A stretch of DNA of 64,000 nucleotides, taken from Camelus dromedarius. Taxonomy: Eukaryota. The notes under the pieces are model-generated. The model had not been told where the DNA came from and searched no databases. It saw only the letters and a program-made list of their open reading frames with translations. The stretch's first letter is position 1, and every line of letters begins with the position of its first letter. The position numbers were made by a program, and so were the translations under genes. This document shows, piece by piece, positions 26,691-38,960 of this stretch. The DNA lies in NCBI RefSeq assembly GCF_036321535.1, contig NC_087437.1, positions 119,972,001 to 120,036,000 on the forward strand. Direction: 5' to 3'.

Positions 26691-28939
26691 CACAAGTGCA
26701 GTTTATAATCAGTGTGCTGTCTTCCCTCTGAAAAAAATCTCAATCCTCATGTGTTCATTAAACAAAAGCAAAAACAAAACACAACTTTTTATAGTCAAAC
26801 ACATGTAAAAAAAAGTTTTAATTACTGTATAAAATTTGGATAACTGTATTCTTTCACAGCTTGTTGAAATGTACCTTTGATTCTGACCTGAATGTGCTTT
26901 GTTTTTGAAATTAATTCTGTGACTCATTGGCGACGTGGAAGTATTTTGCGGTTGCTGATCTATTTCAAACACCAGTCGTTTTTGTTTTGGGAGGAGACAG
27001 CAAAGGAGTTGAAGGTCATGCCGTCCCTTGCTTTTCAACAAGCAGAAAAGAAATTCAGGGAATTTAATTTCTGTTTTGAGAGCAGGTAGAGAAGTGACAG
27101 GAGAACTCCTCTCTGCGCGTCACTGGTGTTCATAGACCTTTATTTACATGGGCTGTTACGGGCTCTGAGGGCTAGAAATAGTCCCTGGAAGTCCCCACCT
27201 GGTGCTGGGAGGTGGGTCTCCTTTGCTAGTGTTATTTAGGTAGCTTTATGTTTCCATGTATTTGTCCTTTTTTTTTCCCCAGTTTTTTGTTTTTATTGAA
27301 TTATCTCTGCTGTCTTTAGGGTCATTTTAAATTTGTTTATCTCGATCTTCAAGGAAAGTCACACTCAAACTAAAACACTGTCAGAGTAGAAGGCATCCTG
27401 CCTCTAGACAGATGTCAGAGATTTCATGACAACAAGCGGGTACAGTCATACTGACACTCAGAGTAAGGGCCGTGTTCTCTGCATGGTAGTCTGTCCTCCA
27501 GGTGACACCATCCGACCTGTTGATGCAGGCGTGGTGTCCACCCGGCACTTGGGTACAGGGGTAGCAGCCACAGATTATCATGGCAAGCTTCCTCTGAGTC
27601 CCAGAGAGGACTCTAGGTCTGTGCTGCGGCAGGTCTGAAGTTGGCTCCCAAAAGCAAAATGCGTGACTCGAGTTTGTTAGCCTTTCTGTGGACTTCTCCC
27701 AAAAACTTCACCTGAATAAAAGATACTTCAAAGCATTCTTACTTCATATGGTCAACAGAAGTTTCCTTTTCAGACGAAATTTCTAAATTATACCATTTGA
27801 AGTTTTCTCTCCATTTTCGGTAGGTGATAAATCCACCTGTAATGTTGTTTTGATAACATATTTACAGTTTAAAAAGTCTCCACAATAAATTTTGAAAGAT
27901 TGAGGCATTACAGTTTTTCCTATTCAACACAGCCTCTGTAAAGTAAGTCTTATTTTAAGTTAGTTTTTCACACTTGGAAAATTCATGCCCAACATAAAAG
28001 TGGATTAATGAGACAGGTGAGCAGGGTTTGGAGGCCAGCTTATCTTCTACGCTGCCTGTAGGAATTTCTGAGCTGTATCAGGTGTGGTTTCGAAAGACAC
28101 AGGAAAGGGAGAGGTCAAGTGGTGCCTTGTTTTAATGTTTAACATGATCCTGGAGCTCTGTCTGAGCTCTGCTCCTGCAGTCAGAAGGCAGATTCTGGGG
28201 TGACACATGGCCACGGAGTCCGACATGGCATGGAGGGGGTGGCGATGGTGGGGGGAGGTGGAGGGGGCGGTGTAAATAGTCCTACCCACTGCTCTGTCTG
28301 TTCAGTCATATCCTTTTCTCTGGCTCATTTCTGACTTTTGGTTGTTCCTTAGTTTTCTTTTATCATTTTCCATCATCCTGTGATATATATAGATATATAT
28401 ATGTATCTCCATATCCAGATAGATAGATAGGCAGACAGACAGACATACAAAGATATAAAGTCCTTGAGCTCAGAAAACAATTAGAAACGTTTGAACACTG
28501 GTAAGATGGCAAAGTTAGGAATACATTTTTTCACTTTAAAGAAGTAGGGTTGAGATCCTTTTAGTGTAAAATAAACTCCTAGATTTGAAAATAAACACTG
28601 GATTTAGAATTTGCTCATCTGTAATATTTTTTTTTTAGATTTTGCTTTAGATTTGAGAAGTCATTTTAATTTATAAAACCTTGTCCTATATTTTTCTTCT
28701 AATCTGTATGGTTAAAAATTGAGAAAATTGAATGACATTCACTCTTGAATATACTGTGGGATTTCATTTTTTTTTCATAATTGACTGCAAAATAAGAATT
28801 CTCTATTAGCACTTTTTTCCTTTTTTTTTTTTCCTTACTTTTTATATATTACATTTACTTACACTGGCCAGCCATTTTGAATCCATAAAGGGCAAGGGAA
28901 ACTCCAACTTACTCTTTTTATGTTATTTTATCCCCAAAG

Positions 28940-29070
28940 TATTTTTTTAAACATTTTTTATTGAGTTACTGTCATTTACAATGTTGTGTAAAATTCCAGT
29001 GCGGAGCACAGTTTTTCACTTTTACATGAACATATATTCATTGTCACATTTTTTTCGCTGTGAGCTACCA
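28940..29070 (-). mobile_element. Short L1 3' end
   Basis: tttttattgagttac..catttacaatgttgtg..aattccagtg; same family as 49129-49547. Confidence 0.7.
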
Positions 29071-29787
29071 AGCACTTTATTTAACAGTTTAAAACTTGTT
29101 TCCAGTGATATATATGATACTTAAGTATTTTAGACTTTTTTGATCTTGTAATACTTTTCTTGGGCAGAAGAAATCCTGAAATGACGTGATTTTGAAGGAC
29201 TTTTCCACTCCCAGGGCAGCTTCATTTGAACCACGCGATCCCCCCTGCCGACTCCCCACTCTTAAACTTGTGCGCACACACACCCCAGACCCAAACCAGG
29301 CTCTTGTCTCTACTTCTGCTTTGCTGTTTTGTTCAGAAAGTTCAAGTTCATACAATATGGGTAACTTTTAAAATATTTGAGATGCACCAAATTTTTTAGA
29401 GATTTAAAATTTTTTACATTTTTAAACCTTCATCTGCAGGTATCTTTATAGTTTAACTCCCTTAAATTTAGATGAAATAGTAGTTTAAAAAATAATTATC
29501 AAGAAACTCATTGTGAAACATGGAGACAAGTTTGTTACTTCTGTTGGTAAAAAGCCCCATTTAAAAACTTTTCAGCTACCAAAAAAAATCTACATTTCTT
29601 ATGGCTCTGTCTCTCGTGTGGCTTGGCTTGCACGGTAGGAGTGGGTTTCCATGAAACAGTTCCCAAGATGATTTTGTTGAAGATATTATCATAACAAGGT
29701 GATGTGTCATGAAATGTCTGACCTTGGTGAATTTATATGGTTTTACTAAATATTAAAAATAATATTCCTCTTTATGCCATTTCCTAG

Positions 29788-30849
29788 ATGTAGTGGAACC
29801 AAAGGAGAGGGGGAAGCCACTAGCCACCCCACCAGCAGCTGAACTGTCTAAAAACTTACCTCCGCCCAGTTCCTCCTGGTCAGTTGTGAACGGAGGCAGG
29901 ACGGTAGCTAACCCCAACCCCGGTGACAGCCTGCTGGTCACAGAGGAAGGGCTTCCGAAGTGTTTGTCAAGAAAGACTTTGGTAGAGTTTCCTCAGAAAG
30001 CTCTGCCGCCATCCAGAAAGCAGGGTTCTGGTTCAGACGCAGTCCCGGGGAGCAGGAGAGCGACAGGTGGCTCGTCCTCGTCCAGCTCCTCTGACTCGGA
30101 GTCCGACGAGGAGGGTGACAGCCCAGGAGCTGACCGTCCAGTGAAGAGCAAAGGCAGAGGAGGGTTCCCCAAAGCAGAGGCCCCCCGTTCCATTGTAAAT
30201 GGAGCCCCCCAAATTGGGGTGTCACAGCAGCCACATGCAGACCTCAGCTCTCCAGAGAGGCCCCGCCAGGCAAAGAAGAAAGGGGCCTCCAGGAAGCCTG
30301 TAGAGGACAGAAAAGACACCAAACCAAAAACCACGGCACCCACGTCACAAGAGGGTGAAGAGTTTACAAAGCAAAGTGGAAAAGAAAAACAATTGCACAG
30401 AGCAGCTAGAGCGAATGACATCGATAAAGGAAGCCAGAAGGCAGCTGAAGTTAAAAAAGTCTCATCTGACCATACAAAATCAGGATTTTCCACACGACCG
30501 GATGGCGACCCAGCGCCCACCCCATCGACAGAAACCAGAGCAGGAACACAGCTGCAGGCGACTCCTCCTGGGGCCGGAGGGCGACGCGGGGAAAGTCAAG
30601 TACCATCACCTGACGGGGAGGTGGCTTCTGCCCCGCTCAGAAATGAAAACATGGGAAAGCCAGTAGCAGACGGACTCTTGAAGGCTGAGGGGGATTTGGA
30701 AGATCAGTTACCAATAAAACATTTGAAGCCAGCTCCTGTTCATCACAAGGACGCGTTGGATGAAAAGACAACAGGACTGCAGCTTGAGGAAAAGGACGAA
30801 GTCATGGAGGACTCAGCCACCCCGGTGGAAGGCCGGGACCACTCACAGG
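29788..30849 (+). CDS. NDUFV3: NDUFV3 cassette exon 3 (long isoform)
   Basis: 1062 nt open exon, phase 1-1; NVVEPKERGK...SSSSSSSDSESDEE; ttcctag acceptor, GTATAC donor. Confidence 0.92.
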
Positions 30850-32767
30850 GTATACCGTGGCTTGTGGTCAAGGACGCCTCTGTCCTTGGGGGTGGTTAGA
30901 CTCTGAAGAGCTGAGTGATGAGAGGAAGCATTGCACCTGTCAGATTTGGTGCTAGCGGCGTGGCCTGTAACGCCGTCCCAGAGAAGCGGGGGGCAGGTCC
31001 TAATCACAGGTCGTGCTCACCTTGAGTACAAAATCCCTAAAACCTTTAAAATTTATTTCACAATGAAAGAGTTTGCCCTTGGCACTCTTGACTGTCCCTT
31101 AACCAGTATAATTTTTGAAAATTGGCAGTTTCACATCATCACCTTTAGCTTTTGAGGGTGTCTAAATGCTTGTCTCATGAAGCTGCAGAGCACCCACTAA
31201 GTGAAGGGGTCCTGTGCAACTCCCACAGATGATGAGTGACAGGCACACTCGGTGTGATGGTCTTCAGGAGAGCTAGACAGGTGGTTGCTTTTTTAGCATC
31301 TGTGTGCCAACCGGAAAATCCCATTTCAGGAGTTAAAGCAGGGACCCAAAGGCAGCCCTGAACTGCCTTCATCTAATTGACACTGCACGTTTCCTTCTCC
31401 GATTTACCTGAGTAACGACAGGCTGCTTTTTTTCTATATTGAATTTTTATGAAGGGCTTTTTTGCTGCCGTGAATTTCCGAAGGGAGCATGCTTATTCAC
31501 GTTACGTAGCACGTGACTGGCCCTGGGCGGCCCCCGGGCTGCGCGCTCCAGTGCCCCTCGGAGGTGCGTCTCCGGCCGCCCCAGCTGCTCCCCGTGCGCC
31601 CCGCGCGGAAGCCTCCCCGGGCTGCGCTTCATCGCCCGTGTCACTGCGCCTGGTTGCTTTACGTCAGCAGGACTTGTGTGTGTTCTTCCCCCTCGTTCTC
31701 TCCCTCTTTCATAAACACGCAGAGTGCCGGCGCCCGCCAGGCTTCTCGAGGCGGCGAGAACTGCTTTCCTGAGCTGCTGTTTCAGTCATTCCGCTGTAAA
31801 TCTGAGAGGAAGCCAAAACCTTCAGGGTGATAATGCAGAACTGGGGGTTTTCAGATGGCAGATCTTTTTGGAAACAGTTGGACTTTGTTTTTCATGGTTG
31901 TGCTGTTTTCCTGGTACTCTCTTTGCCCTCTGGAGGCTAAAGACGCTGCCCGGGAGCCCAGCTCAGCTGCAGGGGCAGCGTCCGCAGGGCCCGCTGCCTC
32001 CACCGCGGGGCCCGCTGCCTCCACCGCGCAGCCCTCCTGGCCTGGCTGCCCGGCACTTCGCCTTCGGGGGGGCTGGTTTTTGATGAGAGTTTTCTAAGCC
32101 CGCGTTCCCATGTGGACTCTAAGAACGCACCTGCTTTGAGATGTCCCTGCACCACATCGAGATACTCTGCCTGTTGAGGTTGGAAAGGTGTCAGGTCTTT
32201 AAATAAGACATCGTTTTTGTTTTAACGCAGCTTAAAAAAAAGAAAAACAAAGCGTTTGGTATGAATTCGAATAATGGGAAACTAGTTATTTTTTATGCAG
32301 CATGAAGGGAAGCAGAGAGTCTGGATGGCAGTGGCGCAGGGCAGTGAGAACCTCCCCAGGCCTAGGTCGCCCCCGCCGGCTTCAGTTCAGTCACCTCGTG
32401 TCGCTTGTCCCATTGCAGGAGAGCAGTGTGCTTTCTGCTTCATCCACACACTTAATTTAAAGATTACCAGATGTGCAGGTGTATGGATTTGAGTTCTTTT
32501 TTCCACTTAAATAAAGCTGCATGAGGATTTTTTAGTCTGTGACTCTAGAGTATGGCAACGGCTTCTTCAGAAAAGTTAAAACCTGCACGTCCCATGTCTC
32601 GTTCCCCTTACCTGTGTGATTATTATTGAACCTGTTGGAGTTTAATTTTCTTGTATTTAGAGACTAAGAAGGCTCACTTAAGTTTCTGCTTTTGAAACTT
32701 TTCTTCTGTAAAACGGTTTATTTCTATTATAGACAGATTTTTAATAGATCTACTTTTTTTTCTGCAT

Positions 32768-32898
32768 TATTTTTGGGGGGATAGAGGGCAGGTAGATAGT
32801 AAGTAGGTTTATTTATTTTAGAGGAGGTACTGGGGATTGAACCCAGGACCTTGTGCATGCTAAGCACGTGTTCTGCCTCTTGAGCTGTACCCTTCCCC
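32768..32898 (-). mobile_element. tRNA-Ala-derived SINE (Vic-1-like)
   Basis: Family sequence flanked by TSD TTTCTGCAT (32759-32767, 32899-32907). Confidence 0.85.
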
Positions 32899-33113
32899 TT
32901 TCTGCATCTTTAAGCGACCCTCCAGAGTTGTTCTTGGCATTGTCAAGACTCTGAGAAGCCCAGGGTCTAGACGTATACAAAGTAAGATGTGAAGACACAT
33001 TGTAAAAACTTTTCCATTCCTTACACTGTTAAGGCTGTGTGTTTTAGTGTAAATTTTCAGCTGACTTCTTTACTTTGCTTTTGAAGATACTGTTGCTTTC
33101 CGGGCTTTTCTGA

Positions 33114-33392
<279 letters not shown>

Positions 33393-33443
33393 GAGCTCCG
33401 TTTAAATATAAACCTTCTGTTGTCCCGCAATCTTGCGTGCAGA

Positions 33444-33449
33444 AATAAA
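33444..33449 (+). terminator. NDUFV3: NDUFV3 polyadenylation signal
   Basis: AATAAA about 50 nt after the stop codon. Confidence 0.75.
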
Positions 33450-35666
33450 ATCTGCTCGGCAGTCCTGAGGCCTGGCGTGCGTGACTGGTTCCCTTTCCGC
33501 ACCTTTCGTAGGGAGAGGTGAGTCAGCCTCACTCCCGCTGCTGGTTTGCTCACTGTGTGTTTAGAAACATCTGTGTGCAGGAAATTTTTCTCTCACTACA
33601 TAGTAGGTCTCACTGAGTAAATCCACAAAACTAGAGAACTAGGTGCTTCCCTCAGGGTGATGCCGCTGTGTTGAGCCCCTGGTCGGTTTTGCATTGATCT
33701 CGTTTACCAGCAAGGTGTTGTTAAACGCAATGGTGACTTCTAATTTGGTAGGTCTAGTTCTCGATAAATTGGAAATGGGATTTTTATCCACTTCAACTAC
33801 TACTTTGCAAAGATACTATAGTGTTAAAGTACAGCATTTTGTTATCAGAACTTTGTTCTCTCGAATCAGGCACGCGCCGTGAGCTCAGGCAGCGCTGAGA
33901 GGCGGGGTGAGGGGTGGGGGTCGTGTAGGACCCAGCGGCAGCGCCTGCCCCGTGGCCCCACGGGCTGCATTCATTCGGCCACGGAGGGTCTCTGGGATGG
34001 CCGAGGGACTTCCCAGCACTCGTGGAAACAGGACTCACCTGGAGGTGACCATGGTTTGAGCAGGCCCCAATGTGTCACTTGCCATCTGCACCACACACCT
34101 CGTGGGGACAAAATAAACAGCTCTGGGAAAGTCACACATCCAGATGAGACCATTCCCAAGGTGAGGGACAGCGTCCATCTGGCGGGACGCAGGTGCCCCT
34201 GAAGGAGACTGCGCCCGGGGAGGGGCGTGTCACCGTTTGCCTGTTTTCACACCTCCCTGCTTGGCTCTGTGCCCAAACTCGTGGGCTTTATTTCATTTCG
34301 GTTCTGGTTCTTGGCCTCTAGTCGGTTTACAGCAGACAGAACAGTGTGTGGTGACTTACAACTCACATTTCTATAATCCTACAGTTCTTAAAACGAATCC
34401 AAGACCAAGATTAAAACATAGTGTTGAAAACCAGTATTGTGATCTGCCTCCGATTTTGTCACCACCCAAGAGGCTTAGCAACTCAGCAAGGTTCTTCTAA
34501 TCACATTTTTTATTGTAATAGTACTAAAGCCACATTACCAAAAGAAAGAAAATGGAAAATAGTAAGACTGCCTAAAATCCACAACGTTAACCCAAGCATT
34601 ATTAACACTTGGCATGTCTGCCCGGTGGGTTTGGTCAGATATGACCCTGTAATGTACATACAGTTTCCTATCCTGCTGGGGCTTTTTCTTATTTCATTTA
34701 ATTGCCTGCTTCTCATACCGTGCCCACGGAACCCCTGTGATGTGTGGGGTGCGTAGGGGGGTGTGGACTGTAAAGCCACAGAGTGCATTTCCCTGTTAAC
34801 ACCACAGAGAGAAGTTCTTTTTACACGAAGATGAGTCTGAATATATTTTCCTTTGTGTGAAGTGTTTCCCTTGGGACAGTCTGGTTGGGCTAATCTTTCA
34901 GTCTCCTGGGGGGTTTGGTTTCCCCCACCTCCTGAAAAGGCTGGAGAGGCCTGGATACACAGCACCGGGCACCTGGTGGCATCACGACCGTGCCCCGCCG
35001 AGTGCAGCGTTTTGGATTTGTGTTGTTTCCTGTGTTCTCATTCCAGGAGCATGGCCAGAAACGCCTGTGTGAATGTAATTCGTTTTGCATTTCGTGTTGT
35101 TTCCTCAAGATTAATTTCCAGACACTGCGCTGATGAATGACAAGTGATTTGGGGACATTCGTATTGCTTTCACTTCTGTGAGATTTTTTAACTTGCTCAG
35201 TACATTTGAGTTAAATAAAGTAATTATTTCCCCTCCATTTTAATTTTTCCTGTCACATCACCTGAACTCTGGCGTCTCCCTGGACGTTTGTTCTCCTACA
35301 CCTGCTCCAGCAAATACCCAGGACCGCGGGAGGCTGTGCAGAGACCCAGGTCCAGGCCTTGCTTACTGTGGATCTTCGCCCTCAAGTTTACTGGCAGCTG
35401 GTTAATAACTGAAACCCAGCAGGTTATCGTGCAGCTTTTGTGTTTTGATGGTTTATATTCTGCCCATCTCCCCACTTGGCGTTCAAAACCCAGAGACGTG
35501 CTCAGTGACTCACCCCACTACCCGGCGCCATCTGACAGTGGCCTGGTGCCTTGCATGCAGGAAACAGCCAAAGGTGTGCAGAATGAAATCACTGCACCAC
35601 ATATTACACCATGCAGGGTGCTGCTGCATGAGGGGAGTTATGCAGAACTGACGCGTTGTCCTGATA

Positions 35667-35860
35667 AAGCAGGCAAGGGCACGCTTTTCTGCAAATGGGC
35701 TGGAGAGTAAATATTTTCGGCTTGGCTTTGCCACAGTCCATGTGGCTCAGTCTTTCCTTTTTCCCACCCTTTAGAAACGTTAAGAACCATTCTTAGCTGT
35801 GAGCCTTAGGAAGGAAGCGGAGAGTGGGGTTTGTCCAAGGATCGGGCTGTGTTGACCCGT
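35667..35860. mobile_element. MER58-like hAT-Charlie MITE
   Basis: ttttctgcaaatgggc...agtaaatattttcggctt...aaccattcttagct. Confidence 0.55.
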
Positions 35861-36444
35861 GTTAAGGGGCTGCTGCAGATCGTTTAACTCGGTGGAAGGC
35901 TGTCTGGAGAGAAGCCTGGCTAAGTGGTGGGGAACAGGTGCTCAGCGCCCTGGTTCTGCCTTCACCCCCGCCCTCCTTCCCTTTGCCCTCCTCTGGCCCT
36001 TATTCTAAAGGGGATCTGACACAAAGACTAAGATACAAAAGATAACAGCTGAAGTGATGCCCTCTTTGGAGAAGCTGTCCCTCTTATAGGCCTGTAGTCA
36101 GCACCAGTCTAAACACTGATGCTCCACAACCTGGGAGAGGAGGCACGTGAGAAGCCAGTGCAGGCCACGTGCCAAGTCTCAACAACAGAAGCGGACTCTG
36201 GGGACAAGATGGGGATGGGGGTTCATCAGAGAAGGCTTTGTGGGGCATGGTGCCTAACCCGAATGTTGGGAGGTGGCCAGGGATTCACCAGGTGCAGGGG
36301 GACCTGGTGGAGCCCTGCAGGGTGGCCTCCAAGGCATCAGGGTGGGGATATGCCAAGGTCTGGATGCTGAAAGCATCAGGTTTTCAGGAAGCTGTAAGCA
36401 TTGCTAGACGCCTTAAGTACTGGGGGCTGAATTGTGGAGCTCAG

Positions 36445-36780
36445 CCCACCAGGATAAAATACAGCAGGCCTTTCTTGTCTCATGGTTCTGGAGGCTGGAA
36501 GTCCAAGAGTAAGGTGCTGGCTGATCCCACGCCTGGTGAGAGCCCTCCTGGCCTGCAGACAGCCGCCTGCCCCCTGGGCCCTGGCGTGGCAGGGAGTCAG
36601 AGGGCGAGCTTTCTGGTGTCTCTTTGCAGGAAGACACTAATCCCATCTTGGGGGCCCCACCCTCATGACCCCTCTAACCCCAATTTCCTCCCCCAGGGCT
36701 CCACCTCTAAATACCATCACACTGGGGGTTAGGGCTTCAATGTGCAAATTTCAGGAAGAGGCAAACATTCAACCCATAAC
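36445..36780 (-). mobile_element. MLT1A/MST-like LTR
   Basis: ggttctggaggctggaagtccaag...ataccatcacactgggggttagggcttcaa...aacattcaacccataac. Confidence 0.75.
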
Positions 36781-38299
36781 GGGCTCTGTCCTGTAGGAGA
36801 GGAATTTAACTATCTGTTTGGTTTTTTTTAATACTGGTAATTTGTTTGAAATATTCTGACCAAAAAATGGGGGAAGGGGTGAGCTGCAGAGACGGTAAAA
36901 GAACTCTAAAATGCTGATGTCTGCTGCAGCTGGGTGACAGGCACACGGAGGTGCACGGTTCTGCTCTCTCCAACTTTCACAATAGAAAGAGCTTTAAAAA
37001 TCCTCCTAGTTGCATGAAGAATAAAACGGAAGAGGAAGACGCGAGGCAGGAAGAGGAAACAGGCCACTTTCTAATTTCTCCAGGCAGAGTGAGGGTGTCC
37101 TGCCTGCCAGCCCGGCGCCCCTCCGTGGCAGGGTGGCCAGGGGGCTCCTGGAGGTCTGGGCAGCCTGGCCAGCGGCCGCCCTGGAGGGCAGCTGCAACAG
37201 TGTGTGGACGCCCCGCAGCAACGCTTATCTGACAAGTGGCTTGTACGTTTCCTTCAGGCTCAGAGGCACGGAGCGAGCTGCTTTGACGGTGACCACATGT
37301 CTGTTTCTTCTCTCTGCTCTCACCTGTATTTGACACAATTCTTCATTTCGAGGAAATTTTCCTGGAGTCTATCTCTGAGTATGTTTTCCTTTCTGTTTCT
37401 TTTCCACGCGTTTGGACATAACCAATGTTAGCACTTTTGTCTGTCCTCCGCGTGTTCCATCTTCTAATAGCCTTTCTTCAGAGACTCTATCTCCATGCAC
37501 CCTTGGCAGGAGTGAAACCCAGCCACTTGGAGATGAACCTACTTGCTGATGACCCAAGGATTGGAGAGCTGGCGCGGGGGCTGGGTGGCAGGACGACAGA
37601 CCCACAGAACTGTCAGAAACCCTGACTAAGGAGTCACGCAAACCCAAGAATCCAGAGGAGGGAGAAGGGAGTCAGGAGGCGGCCCGAGAGGGCCACTCAG
37701 CTCGGCTTTCAGAGCGAGTTAACCGGGGCCTAAAATAGAAACTGCTAGAACAGCAGCTAGGCTTTGCGTGGCCCTGGCTGGCTGCTGCTTGATTTACTGG
37801 GATTTTTAGCGTCTCTTGAAGAAAATGTTTTTCTGAGGTTTAGCAATTCCTCCTTTTTTACTTCAATTTCTTTTCCTCTTAACATTTAATAATTTAACGC
37901 TTTTTATTTTTAAAAATGTCAGAGTTCTTTTATGCCTGATAGATTCTTGGACAGACTTTTTTAAATTAATATTAAAGTTTTTAAAATGTATTTTAAAAGG
38001 TAAACTTTTAATTTTTGAAAAAAATCAAAGCTTCTAAAAATATTCTATCAATCTTAATAAAAACATTTTTTATAAACTTTACTAAACTACTTATAAATAG
38101 TCTAACTTTCAAATACTTTTAAACTTATAAAGTAAATTTTTATTGGATATATATTTTTCTTAGTGAGATATATTGAAACTATTTTTTTTTTCAATTAGTT
38201 CCTACATCCATGAATGACTATTACTAAAGGCTAAAAGAGGTCCAATGAAGATTAACAGAAAAAAAAGAGAGTGAGAGAAGGTATAGACGATTATCAAGG

Positions 38300-38960
38300 A
38301 TGAGTTCCGGTTTTGTGGAGCCTGAAGCTTGTAGAACTTGGAGAGCTCTTTTAAACAAAGATAATGCAGAATTGTGAGTTCAAAATTTAGGTATGAAAGT
38401 GAGTATTATTTAGAATAAGAAAAAAATAGCTTATAATTTTTAAAAGTTGGCAGATACCATAAACATCACAAAATCCAGGAAAAGGACATGATGCTTTATT
38501 AACTGCGTGCCACACTGCCTGTGCCAGGCAGCTAATGAGACGTCGTTTGGGAGCGTGTGCCTTTTCATTCCTTCTCCAAGTGGTGATCTCATAGTACTGT
38601 GCTGCCAGAATGTCGAGATAATTCAGCCTTTCCTCCTGCGGGGTTGGGCAGCTTGGTTTTGGATAGTTCGGATGCACAGAAACTGACTGCACACAGGTGC
38701 GCTTGCTGTTTGTCTTCAGACGCAGGAATCCCGGTTCGCCTGACGAGAGAAAGGCAGGCCTGTGTTCACCTGCACACGCACCTCCCGGCGTGTCCCTCGC
38801 GGGAGAGAAGCTGTTTGTCTAGGCACAGTGGGAACCAGATCCTGACACAGTTCTTCATGACTGAAAGAATTTTCCACCGACTAGCTTCTGGCTCCATGCG
38901 TTTCAGAACTTGCTTCTTATCTGCCCCCGCCTCCGTCTGCTGCCAAGCCTCTCAGGACGT
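38300..38960 (-). mobile_element. hAT DNA transposon fossil with transposase remnants
   Basis: MER53-like terminus (ggttttgtggagcctgaagctt); minus-strand peptide QEERLNYLDILA resembles the hAT dimerisation motif; MEPEASRWKIL resembles a hAT N-terminal motif. Confidence 0.6.

Noticed and set aside
29993..30520. 175-aa antisense ORF
   Set aside because: Shadow of NDUFV3 exon 3
37860..38200. Extremely AT-rich tract
   Set aside because: Low-complexity sequence with no definable unit or structure
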